This document shows positions 38,312 through 47,877 of a stretch of DNA of 64,000 nucleotides, in pieces (position 1 is the first letter of the stretch; every line of letters begins with the position of its first letter). The stretch covers positions 1,472,001-1,536,000 of the forward strand of contig CAWGMA010000001.1 of assembly GCA_963823555.1 (NCBI GenBank), written 5' to 3'. The notes under the pieces are model-generated. The model ran no database searches, was not told where the DNA came from, and saw only the letters and a list, made by a program, of their open reading frames with translations. The position numbers and the translations under genes were made by a program. The DNA comes from Candidatus Eiseniibacteriota bacterium (GTDB taxonomy: Bacteria; Eisenbacteria; RBG-16-71-46; CAVPCR01).

Positions 38312-39444
38312 CTAGCCCTCGATCATCTCGACATTGGCGCGCGGCAAGGTAACGCGCTCGCCCGGAGCGAATTCCACCTCGAGGACTCGGACCCGGGCTT
38401 CGGTCTCGAGGGCCTGGAGCTCGCTCGGGAGATCGCTCACGGTGCCCAGGTGTCCAAAGTAGGGTTCGCGGATGACGCGAATCGGCGTCCCCACCGTGAG
38501 TCCAATGTTGTGGTCATGACCCGCATCGTCAATCGCCGCCTTGTCATCAGGGACGATCAGCTCCGGACGCAGCACGCCGGCGCGAATCTGCGTGGCGCCG
38601 TTCATGGAGGCCACCCGCCCCGCGCTGGCGCCGAGGAGATCGAAGGTCTTCTGCGCCATGGGCATCTGTCCGAAACCCTCGGTCACCATCAGAGTGATGC
38701 CGATGTCCTCGTGCCCGGTGATGGCCACACCGAGGTCGTAGCCGAGAAAGTCACGCAGGTCCTTGTCGGAAAACCCTCCCACGACGATACCCGCGACACC
38801 CGCTTTCACCGCCAGCGAGAGCGTCTCCTTGGTCACGTGGGAACCCCCGATCAGGAGCGCTCCCCGGGCGCGATCGCCAAGAGCGGACAGCGCCGCTCCA
38901 TCGAGTTCATGGTCACGGGCCTTGACGGCGACAGTAAGGGTCCCATGAGTCTCGCCGCCAATGCCGAAGATGCCTTGAACGAAGGCCCCGCGGGTCTCGA
39001 TCACGACTCCCTGCCGCTCGATGATCTCCACCACTTCCCCATCGACGTAGGCCTGCACCTCGAGGGGGATGGGCGGCTCGCGCAGGATGACATTGCCGGT
39101 CACCTTGGACACGGTCTCCACGGTGCCGGTCACGGGCGCTTGCACGCGGGAAGTAAAGAGACCGAAGAAGGTCTTGCTGAGCGCCGAGGTCCTTGCCCTT
39201 CTCGATCGTGCTCGCCTTCCCGCTTCACCAGGGAGCGTTCGAGATCCTCGGGCAGGAGGCCAAGCAGATTGGCGACGTTGACCGTCTGCACGTTTCCCGG
39301 GAGCTCGGTCTTCGCCACCACGTCGGTCGCTTTGACCCGGCTGCCCTTCTTGACCAGGACCTCGCCGAGGATCGGCAGCCGCCGCTCGCGTCGCATCGTG
39401 GCGGTCTTGGTGACGGTGAGACCTGGGGTGTAGGCGTGAGCCAT
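38312..39444 (-). CDS. Protein with repeated barrel-sandwich hybrid (biotinyl/lipoyl-like) motifs, an alpha/beta domain and a KOW-like C-terminus; apparent frameshifts near 39.2 kb
   Basis: Joining ORFs 39130-39444 and 38312-39523 by removing two single-base insertions gives about 376 aa; GEVLVKKG, APVTGTV, AYVDGEV, QGIFGIGGE, IRVIREPYFG. Confidence 0.75.
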
Positions 39445-39456
39445 CTCGCTTCCTTC

Positions 39457-41335
39457 CTAGCCCGCCATGACCGGTGCGTTGGGACGAGCGGCGACCCCGG
39501 CGGGCGCCATGCCGGGTAGGCATCCAGCGCCTCGATCCACTGGGTCAAGCAGACGGATGCGCTCGTCGCGATTCTCCGGCAGTCCGAATGGGCGCCGCCC
39601 GCGCCCGTCGAGCAGGATGCCCACTTCGCCGCCGACGAGACGAGCACGGATTGCTCGGCCCTTGCCCTCGCCGAGGTCCTGGTGCCGGCCGGGGGTCAGC
39701 ACGGCGTCGATCTCCTCGCCCGGGCCGGCCGCAACGCGCCGGATCTCCCCGTACCGGATCTCGAACTCCTCCGTCCGTGCCAGCCGTCCAGGTCAGGCTC
39801 GCCTGGAGCGCCGTCTCTGCCGCGCCGTCCCTGGCCCCACGGGGCGACGGCGGTGCCGAGGCGGATCAGGCAGTCCTTGCTCGAAGACCTCGGTGGCCGC
39901 CTTCTCGTGCACCGTCGGCGAGCACGCCGAGCTGCGGCATCATGAAGATCGAGTCGACCGCCAGCTCGGTGACGCCCTCGGGCAGGAAGGCGTCGATCAT
40001 CATCAGCGCGGCCTGGATCGCGCCGCGGCGCGTGCGAGAGCACGCCGCCCGACCCGACCAGCAGGTCGAGCGCCATCAGGTCGACCAGCGTGTCGCCGCT
40101 CGAGCTGTCTGCTCGAAGGTGTCGGAGATCGTGCGCTCCTGCTGCACGCCCTTGAGGCCGACCGCCAGCGGCTTGTGCTGCTCGAAGGCCAGCCGCAGCG
40201 CCTCGCGGGCGATCGCCTGCTCGATCATCAGCTCCTCGAGCGGTCTGCGGGATGGTGGTCGGGCGGATCATCTTGTTCTTGATCCGGTTGCGCAGCTCGG
40301 CCTCGTCCAGACCGAACGGCACCCAGCGCATGACGTTGGCGACCCCGGCCTCGGCCAGCACGTTGGAGACGCGAGTAGCTCATGCCGAGGTTGGCGCACA
40401 CCGTGCGGTTGAAGACGCCCTGGAAGACGGAGAAGACGTCGGTCGTGGCGCCGCCGATGTCGACGCCGACCACGTCGATCCTCTCCTCGCTTGGCGATCG
40501 TCTGGATGATCGAGCCGACCGCCGCCGGGCGTCGGCATGATCGGGACCGGCGGTCCAGGCCATCAGCTTCTTGTAGCCCGGCGCCTGCGCCATGACGTGC
40601 TCCATGAACAGGTCGTGGATCTTGTCGCGCGCCGGGCCCAGGTTCTCGCGCTCGAGCATCGGCCGGAGGTTGTCGGTGATCACGAGGGCGGTCTTGTCCG
40701 CCAGGCGCTCCTCGATCAGCGGCGCGGCGTCCTTGTTGCCGGCGTAGATGACCGGCAGCTCGTAGCCGGCGCCGAGGCGCGGCCTTGGGATCGGCCGCGG
40801 CGATGATCTCGGCCAGCTCGACCACGTGCTGGGTCGTGCCGCCGTCGATGCCGCCGGAGAGCAGGATCATGTCGGGCCGCAGCTGGCGGATGCGCTCGAT
40901 CTTCTCGTGCGGCAGGCGGCCGTCGTTGGAGGCGATCACGTCCATGACGATGGCGCCGGCGCCCAGGGCGGCGCGCTCGGCGCTCTCGCCGGTCATCTGA
41001 CTTGACCACGCCGGCCACCATCATCTGCAGGCCGCCGCCGGCCGCTGAGGTCGAGAGGTAGAGATCGACCCCGCGGTCGCCGCTCTGCGGGGTGATGATC
41101 GTGCTCGCCGTCGAGGAGCTCGCGGCCGGCAGAGCTCCTCGACCTCGCGGATGGCGTTGAGCACGCCGCGGGTCACGTCCTCGAACGGCGCCTCGACCGT
41201 GGTCGGCGCCTCGCCGCGGACGATCAGGCGGTAGACGTCGCCCTGCTTCTCGATGAGGATCGCCTTGGTCGTGGTCGAGCCGCAGTCGGTGGCGAGGATG
41301 GAGCGGATCTGATTGGGTTGGATGGTCTGACTCAT
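39457..41335 (-). CDS. glmL: GlmL/MutL (glutamate mutase reactivase)-like ASKHA ATPase; many frameshifts (probable sequence errors, or a pseudogene)
   Basis: Fragments in several frames: ATDCGSTTTKA (phosphate 1), LRPDMILLSGGIDGG, VDIGGATTDVFS (phosphate 2), RTV.ANLGMSYS, GSGGVLSHAP, GGEVGILLDGRGR. Confidence 0.75.
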
Positions 41336-41794
41336 CGTCCTCTAGGCCACTGCGGGGCACCGGGGTGAGCCCAGCGGTGAGGTCGCTCTTCGAGCCGGTC
41401 GCCAGCGGCTTCCGATAACTTCGATGCGGTGCCTGCTCGCGTCGCGACATGACAGCGGCACCGGCCCACCGGTGCCGCAAGGGATTGGAGTATATAGAAA
41501 GGCGTCCACCGGAGAAAGGCTCCTCCTGAGCACCGGGGATGGCGGCCCGCCTCCTGACGGCGGGCCGGGAACGAGCGGCGGCAACGCTGGACCAGCATAG
41601 GCAGCCCGGATGCTCCAGAGGCCACCGGAGCGGACGCCGCACCGGCCCGGGCGGGACCCGGTCCCCTCCCGGACTTCATGTGATGCCCGAAGCCACCGGC
41701 AGTAACTGCTTGTGCTTCAGCATGCTATGGCGGTTCTTGTGAGATGCGTTCCGGGGCGGCCATCGATCTCACCCGCGCGGCGTGCTGGACCGGG

Positions 41795-42205
41795 CTACGC
41801 CTCCCCACGCCGCCTGGCCGCTTCGCGTGCTTCCCTCTCAGCCTTCTTGGCGGCGCGCGCCGCGGCCTTCGCTTCGCGTTCGCGATCTCGCTCCTCCTCG
41901 TCGAGGGTCTCGATGAGCACAAGGAGCCGCTCCAGAGAATCGCGATTCTCCATGAGCTGGGCGAAGCGCTCGTACTGAGCGATGTGGAAGAAGGTCCGCA
42001 CGAAGGGCTCGAAGAAGATGAGCGCCTGACTGCCGATGAAGCTCAGCGGCTTCACCGACTCGAGAAAGAACACCGCTGGCGTGGCCAGCCCCATCCGCAC
42101 CACCCGACCGGCCACGGCAGAGAGCAGGGCCTCGTCCTCCGCTGGGAAGCTCCCTTCGGGGGCCGGCTTCGATCCCGCGTCGTCGCCTGGACTAGTCATG
42201 AGCAC
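41795..42205 (-). CDS. Conserved-looking hypothetical helical protein
   Basis: PAVFFLESVKPLSFIGSQALIFFEPF; overlaps the upstream gene; charged C-terminal coil. Confidence 0.65.
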   Translation of the reverse strand: MLMTSPGDDAGSKPAPEGSFPAEDEALLSAVAGRVVRMGLATPAVFFLESVKPLSFIGSQALIFFEPFVRTFFHIAQYERFAQLMENRDSLERLLVLIETLDEEERDREREAKAAARAAKKAEREAREAARRRGEA

Positions 42206-42668
42206 CTTCGCTCTTTCGTTTCGACCTGGGCAAGGGCGAAAGGCGGGCGGCCACCGCGGCGACCACCTGCTCTCGATTGCCGGCGAAGAGGAGCCTCACA
42301 CCACGATAGGACTCGAGCCAGGAGGTGTGTCGGTATGGGCTCAAAGTAACGCCTCGCGCATCGGCGACATAGGTACGGAGAGCGGACCACTCGCGCCGCC
42401 GCGCCCCGAGGACCGATGTGGCGGCCACACCCTGGTCATCGATGCGGAAATTGGTCGGCAAGAAGTACGTGGCCAGCGACAGGAACAGGATGGCCAGGGC
42501 CACGCCGCCAATGATGGGACTACCGCCGTAGATCCCCAGAGCGAAGGCTGCCGCCAGGAGCGCCAGGGCCACGGCACCCGCCTGCGCCGGCCGTTCCGCT
42601 GCAGGCCACGCCCGCCAGAGGAGGGTCGCCGGTCCCCTCTCCTCCTTTCCTATGTCTCCGGCTTCCAC
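42192..42668 (-). CDS. Small two-TM protein with PH-like C-terminal domain
   Basis: Two TM helices, then YFLPT.F.IDDQGV..RRREW; overlaps the gcvPB end. Confidence 0.65.
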   Translation of the reverse strand: MEAGDIGKEERGPATLLWRAWPAAERPAQAGAVALALLAAAFALGIYGGSPIIGGVALAILFLSLATYFLPTNFRIDDQGVAATSVLGARRREWSALRTYVADARGVTLSPYRHTSWLESYRGVRLLFAGNREQVVAAVAARLSPLPRSKRKSEGAHD

Positions 42669-44191
42669 CGCAGCTTGAGCTCACGGGCCGCCCGAGCCTC
42701 ATCGAGACGGCGAACGGGGGTCGCATGGGGAGCCTCGTGCAAGAGGTCCGGGTTTTCACGGGCTTCACGGGCGATGTCCTTGAGGGCCGCCGCAAAGCGA
42801 TCGAGGGAGTGCTTGGTCTCGGATTCAGTAGGTTCGATCATCATCGCCTCGTGCACGATGAGCGGGAAGTAGACCGTCGGCGCGTAGAAGCCATGGTCGA
42901 GAAGCCGTTTCGCCATGTCCGTCGTGCGCACCCCGTGCGCCTTCTGCCGGTCGCCGGAGAGCACGAACTCGTGCAGTGAAGGCCCGTCATAGGGCAACTC
43001 GAAGTCATCGAGCAGAAGCGCCTTCAAGTAGTTGGCGTTGAGCACGGCGTTCTCTGTCGCCTCGCGCAGACCATCGGGACCCAGCGCCAGGATGTAGGCC
43101 AGGGCGCGCACGTGCATCCCGAAGTTTCCGTAGAAGGAGTGGACCTTCCCCACCGAGCGCGGCCGGTCCCATTCGAGGACCACGCGACCGTCCTTCCTCT
43201 CGATCGTGGGACGGGGCAGGTACGGTTCCAGCGCAGCCTTGATCCCCACCGGACCGGAGCCCGGACCGCCGCCCCCATGGGGCGTCGAGAAGGTCTTGTG
43301 CAGGTTCAGATGGCAGATGTCGAATCCCATGTCGCCCGGTCGGGTGACACCGGCCAGTGCATTCAAGTTGGCGCCATCGAGATAGAGGAGTGCCCCGGCT
43401 TCGTGCACCCGGGCCGCGATCTGGACGATGTCCTCCTCGAAGAGGCCGAGCGTGTTGGGGTTGGTGACCATGAAGACGGCCGTCCGGTCGTCGAGAGCGC
43501 GGAGCAGCGCTTCGAGATCGACCAGTCCGCGCGCATCGGACTTGATCTCCACCGGTTCGAAGCCACACATCGCGGCGCTGGCCGGGTTGGTGCCGTGGGC
43601 TGAATCAGGGTAGATCACGCGCTTCCGGTCGTGCTCGCCGCGGTCATGGAAATACGCCCGTGCCATCAACAGGCCGGTGAACTCCCCCTGCGCCCCGGCC
43701 GCGGGCTGGAGAGTGATGTGATGCATGCCCGTGATTTCCGCCAGCAAGTCTCGCAGTTGGGCCATCAGGCCGAGGGCCCCCTGGGTGGCCGCCGCGGGCG
43801 CCAGGGGATGCAGGGCAGCGAATCCGGGGAGCGCGGCCAGGGCCTCGTTCACCTTCGGGTTGTACTTCATGGTGCACGAGCCAAGAGGGAACACGTCGCG
43901 GTCGATGTGATGGTTGAGGACCGAGATCCGCGTGAAGTGGCGGACCACCTGGGGCTCGGTGACCTCGGGCAGACGCGGCTCGCTCCGCCGCAAATGTGCT
44001 GATGGCAGCAGATCCTCCAGCGGAGTATCGGGTACATCGAGCGGTTCCAGGCGGTATCCGATGTGGCCAGGAACGGAGAGCTCGAAGATGAGCGGCTCGG
44101 GACCTCCGGTCATGGCACGAGGGTCAGGACCGGACGGTGACGTTCCGGTCTTCTTCCCGGTCTCCTGATGGGTCCGCTTCGGCGCGCTCAT
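42650..44191 (-). CDS. gcvPB: Glycine dehydrogenase (decarboxylating) subunit 2
   Basis: PLGSCTMKYNPK, AHGTNPAS, HLNLHKTFSTPHGGGGPG (PLP lysine), IEPTESE. Confidence 0.97.
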   Translation of the reverse strand: MSAPKRTHQETGKKTGTSPSGPDPRAMTGGPEPLIFELSVPGHIGYRLEPLDVPDTPLEDLLPSAHLRRSEPRLPEVTEPQVVRHFTRISVLNHHIDRDVFPLGSCTMKYNPKVNEALAALPGFAALHPLAPAAATQGALGLMAQLRDLLAEITGMHHITLQPAAGAQGEFTGLLMARAYFHDRGEHDRKRVIYPDSAHGTNPASAAMCGFEPVEIKSDARGLVDLEALLRALDDRTAVFMVTNPNTLGLFEEDIVQIAARVHEAGALLYLDGANLNALAGVTRPGDMGFDICHLNLHKTFSTPHGGGGPGSGPVGIKAALEPYLPRPTIERKDGRVVLEWDRPRSVGKVHSFYGNFGMHVRALAYILALGPDGLREATENAVLNANYLKALLLDDFELPYDGPSLHEFVLSGDRQKAHGVRTTDMAKRLLDHGFYAPTVYFPLIVHEAMMIEPTESETKHSLDRFAAALKDIAREARENPDLLHEAPHATPVRRLDEARAARELKLRWKPET

Positions 44192-45561
44192 CTCCGTGCC
44201 TCCGCGAGTGCCGGTCCCGTCGCTTTCACGCCCGCCACAACGGAACCCAGTCGCTCGATCTCCTCGCGAGTCCGGCGCTCGGTGACGGCGACGAGAAGAC
44301 CCTCCTCGAACTCAGGATCGAGTTGCCGGAGCGGAACCCCGGCGAGAATGCCCGCTGCGAGGCCACGCTCGATCACTGCAGCTGTCGGTCCGGGAACCCT
44401 GACGGCAAACTCACGGAAGAACGCTCCGTCGTGAAGCCGCGGGGCGCCGGCGCGTTCGAGCACGCGAGCAGCGAAGTGCGCCTTCTTCAGACAGTGCTCG
44501 GCGGTCTCGCGGATGCCTTTCTTTCCGAGCAGACTCAGACTGATGGTGGCCATCAAGGCGATGAGGCCGGTGTTGGTGCAGATATTGGAAGTCGCGCGCT
44601 CGCGCCGGATGTGTTGCTCGCGCGTCTGCAGAGTCAAGACGTAGCCCCGCCGCCCATCACGATCCACGGTTTCCGCCGCGAGGCGCCCGGGCATACGTCT
44701 CACGTGCTCAGCCTTGGCGGCGAAGAAGCCGAGGGCCGGCCCACCGAAGCTGGCGAACGTGCCCAGCGACTGCCCCTCGCCGACGGCCACATCCGCGTCG
44801 TAGTCTCCAGGGGGCGCGATGAGCCCCAGCGAGATGGGGTCGACGCTGGCAACGAGCAAGGCTCCGGCCCGATGGATCACCTCGGAGAGATGTCCGACAT
44901 CCTCCAGCAATCCGAAGACGTTCGGGTGCTGGATGACCACCGCAGCGACATCGTCACCGATCTTCTCGGCCAGCAAGGCTGCGGGCGTCGTGCCGCCGGG
45001 TGCAGGAACGGTCTCGAAGGCGAGACCTGAGGCCGAGGCATACGTGCGCGCCACCTCGGCATGGAAGGGATGAACCCCGCCGAGAAGCAGGATTCGCGAA
45101 CGCCGTGTCGCGCCCGCGGCCAGCAGGATGGCTTCGGCGAGGGCGGAGCCGCCGTCGTACATGGAGGCATTCGCCACATCCATGCCGGTGAGCTCGCAGA
45201 TCAAGGTCTGAAACTCGAAGATCACGGCGAGGGTGCCCTGGCTCACCTCCGGCTGGTACGGCGTGTAGGCCGTCATGAACTCCGAGCGCGTTGCCAGCAT
45301 CCGAACCGCAGCCGGAACATAGTGGTCATAGATCCCGGCACCGAGGAAAGAGGCCATGCGCTCGTTGTCGGCGTTCTCGGCGGCCATGGCACCGAGGACG
45401 CGCGACAGCCGGTCCTCGCCATGCGCCGGCGGCAGGTCGAGCAGTTCCTGCAGCAAGAGGCGTCGTGGGATGGACCCGAAGAGCTCATCAATGCTCGAAA
45501 CACCCATGGCGGCGAGCATGGCTCGCCGCTCCGCATCACCCTTCTGAGAGTATCGGCTCAC
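44188..45561 (-). CDS. gcvPA: Glycine dehydrogenase (decarboxylating) subunit 1
   Basis: FLGAG, AYTPYQPEVSQG, NASMYDG, LQTREQHIRRERATSNICTN; GTG 45561 with GGAGG RBS. Confidence 0.97.
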   Translation of the reverse strand: MSRYSQKGDAERRAMLAAMGVSSIDELFGSIPRRLLLQELLDLPPAHGEDRLSRVLGAMAAENADNERMASFLGAGIYDHYVPAAVRMLATRSEFMTAYTPYQPEVSQGTLAVIFEFQTLICELTGMDVANASMYDGGSALAEAILLAAGATRRSRILLLGGVHPFHAEVARTYASASGLAFETVPAPGGTTPAALLAEKIGDDVAAVVIQHPNVFGLLEDVGHLSEVIHRAGALLVASVDPISLGLIAPPGDYDADVAVGEGQSLGTFASFGGPALGFFAAKAEHVRRMPGRLAAETVDRDGRRGYVLTLQTREQHIRRERATSNICTNTGLIALMATISLSLLGKKGIRETAEHCLKKAHFAARVLERAGAPRLHDGAFFREFAVRVPGPTAAVIERGLAAGILAGVPLRQLDPEFEEGLLVAVTERRTREEIERLGSVVAGVKATGPALAEARR

Positions 45562-45702
45562 GCCACTTATCCCTCCGCGGAAACGGTCCCGCTCCCGCGC
45601 TTGCGAGCCGCTCCCCACCTCGGGCATGGGAGAGCGCGACATGGCGAACGACATGTTTGGCCGGCATCCGGAGCCGACCCCATCCTGCGTTCGAGGCGCC
45701 GG

Positions 45703-46095
45703 CTACGCCCCGATATGGTCGGCGTACCCCTTGGCATCGAGGAGTGTTTCGAGCTCACTCTCATCCTGGACGCGGATCTTGACCACCCATCCCTCTTCAT
45801 ACGGAGACTCGTTGATGAGGCCGGGATTCTTGTCCAGGTGGATGTTGATCTCGACGACCTCGCCGGAGACGGGAGCGTAGAGGTCGGCGACGGTCTTCAC
45901 CGCCTCAACGAGACCGAACGGTTTCCCCTGGACCGTATTCTCTCCGATGTCAGGCAGCTCCACGTAGACGACGTCACCGAGCTCACCCTGGGCGTAATCG
46001 GTGATCCCGACGGTGGCGACACCATCTTCGATCTCGATCCACTCGTGGTCCTGGGTGTAGCGCAGATCCTCAGGGATGGTTGTTTCTTCCGCCAT
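45703..46095 (-). CDS. gcvH: Glycine cleavage system H protein
   Basis: HEW, GITDYAQ..LGD, VEAVKT (lipoyl Lys), APVSG, N.SPY..GW. Confidence 0.97.
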   Translation of the reverse strand: MAEETTIPEDLRYTQDHEWIEIEDGVATVGITDYAQGELGDVVYVELPDIGENTVQGKPFGLVEAVKTVADLYAPVSGEVVEINIHLDKNPGLINESPYEEGWVVKIRVQDESELETLLDAKGYADHIGA

Positions 46096-46175
46096 CAGTC
46101 CTCCCCCTCCGGCTCGTGCCGACGTGGGCCAGCGTCTCCGGGTCCGCATGTGAGCTCCGGATGCGCGTGGCAACC

Positions 46176-47285
46176 TCACTTCGCGCCGGGGCGTCCTCGC
46201 TTGTAGAACGGCTTCGCTACAACATGAGCCGAGAACACCTGGTCCCGAATCGTCACCTCGATCTCATCCCCCAGATTCGCCGAGTTGCTCGCAATGAGGG
46301 CAAGCGCATACGCCCCATCTAGAGTCGGCGCGAACATGCCGCTTGTGACCTGACCGATCGCCTGACCTCTCCACGCCACGCGACTACCCTGGCGCGCGAT
46401 GCGCGCCCCGGCCATCTTAATCCCAACCAGCTTCCTGGGGATGCCTGTTTCCCGCTGGCGCAGCAGAGCATCGCGACCCAGGAACGGTTTGTCGAGCTTG
46501 ACCGCAAAACCGATGCCGGCCTCGAGCGGCCCGATCTCGGGCGTCAACTCATGGCCATAGAGACAGAGCCCCGCCTCGAAGCGCAGCGTATCGCGCGCGC
46601 CCAGGCCAGCGGGTTGGACTCCCAGATCGACTCCCGCCGCCAGGAGCCCGGCCCACAACCTGGCCGCTTGCTCCGCATCGACCATGATCTCGAAACCGTC
46701 TTCCCCGGTGTACCCGAGCCGGGCGATGAGCGCATCGATCCCGAAGACCCGTCCGTGCTGGAAGCGGTAGTAGCCAAGATCATGGACGAGTGCTCCCCCG
46801 CGACCGAGGAGCTCGGGCGCGCGCGGGCCCTGCACGGCGACAAGGGCGCTGCGCGCCGAGATGTCGTCCATCTCGACCCCGGCCGGCCGGTGGCTCTCGA
46901 GCCAGGCGAAGTCCTTCTCGCGGTTCGAAGCGTTGACCACCATGAGGTAGTCACCGGCAGCAACGCGGTAGACGATCAGGTCATCGACCGTGCCGCCGTC
47001 CTCATAGCAAAGCGCCGAGTAGATGGCCTGGCCATCGGCGATGCCGGCGATCCGGTTGGTCACCAGGTGATCGAGGAAGGACTCGGCGCCGCGGCCGTGA
47101 ACCCGGAAGCGCCCCATGTGCGAGACGTCGAAGAGACCGACCGCCTGGCGGACGGCGAGGTGCTCGGGAATGATGCCCGAGTAAGACAGGGGCATGTCCC
47201 ACCCGGAGAAGTCGACCATCTTGGCGCGTAGCTCCCGGTGGGTGGCGTTGAGTGGAGTCTTGTGCGCAGCGAGAGCGGAGTCCAT
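46176..47285 (-). CDS. gcvT: Glycine cleavage system aminomethyltransferase T
   Basis: FSGWDMP, FDVSHMG, GYTGEDGFE, GLGARDTLRFEAG. Confidence 0.97.
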   Translation of the reverse strand: MDSALAAHKTPLNATHRELRAKMVDFSGWDMPLSYSGIIPEHLAVRQAVGLFDVSHMGRFRVHGRGAESFLDHLVTNRIAGIADGQAIYSALCYEDGGTVDDLIVYRVAAGDYLMVVNASNREKDFAWLESHRPAGVEMDDISARSALVAVQGPRAPELLGRGGALVHDLGYYRFQHGRVFGIDALIARLGYTGEDGFEIMVDAEQAARLWAGLLAAGVDLGVQPAGLGARDTLRFEAGLCLYGHELTPEIGPLEAGIGFAVKLDKPFLGRDALLRQRETGIPRKLVGIKMAGARIARQGSRVAWRGQAIGQVTSGMFAPTLDGAYALALIASNSANLGDEIEVTIRDQVFSAHVVAKPFYKRGRPGAK

Positions 47286-47364
47286 GGGTGTCGGCCGCTT
47301 CCTTGCCCCGCGGCGGGAGTCTGCTGCCGCCCGGTGCTTCCGGGCGGCGGTGAACAAGCGCCCG

Positions 47365-47394
47365 AGTCTAGACCCCCCTTCCGTCGGACGTCAA
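47365..47394 (-). promoter_or_regulatory. Sigma70 promoter for the gcv operon
   Basis: TTGACG-N18-TAGACT on the minus strand. Confidence 0.55.
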
Positions 47395-47877
47395 TGACCC
47401 GCCGTCCTTATAACCTCCGTTCTTGAGGTCCTTTGACTCTGGGCGCGGGCACCGATCGGGACCCGGCCAGCGCGCGGCCGCCATGTTCCTGGAGCGCTCA
47501 CGGTCCGCCCTGCTCCAGGCCCATCCCCAGGGTTCCTGAAGTCGCCTCGCACATCGCCATCGAGCCCCGGGCCTTGGCAATCCCCAGCGCGAAGCGCGCC
47601 CCAGCCAAGGCGAGGGCTGGAAATCATCATCCAGTCATGATATAGTGACCGCGTTCACGATGACCGTGGACAAGGAGGTCCCATTGGCCGCCGCAGCGCC
47701 TCCAGCCAGCGCCCCTCCCTCCCCGCCCGAACCGCGGCCGCCCCCGCGCGCTTCCCCTCTCTGCCGACATCTTCTCCCCCAACCCGTCCAGTTCCATCGC
47801 GCCCTTGCACAGTTGGTTGGGGTCCCGCCAGAAGAGCGGACCCTGCCCGGCACTGCGCACTCAAGGTGAGGTCCGCC

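Noticed and set aside
39457..41335. Programmed frameshifting or phase variation in glmL, or true glutamate mutase function
   Set aside because: Indels are numerous, irregular and not at slippery tracts; no mutase subunits are in the window.
41336..41794. Riboswitch or ncRNA in the gap before glmL
   Set aside because: Only two GC hairpins (41455-41478, 41544-41566) and a TATACT -10-like element; no recognisable aptamer motifs.
47286..47650. Glycine riboswitch upstream of gcvT
   Set aside because: No GGAGA/CCGAAG/CUCUCAGG aptamer pattern, and the predicted promoter leaves only a short leader.
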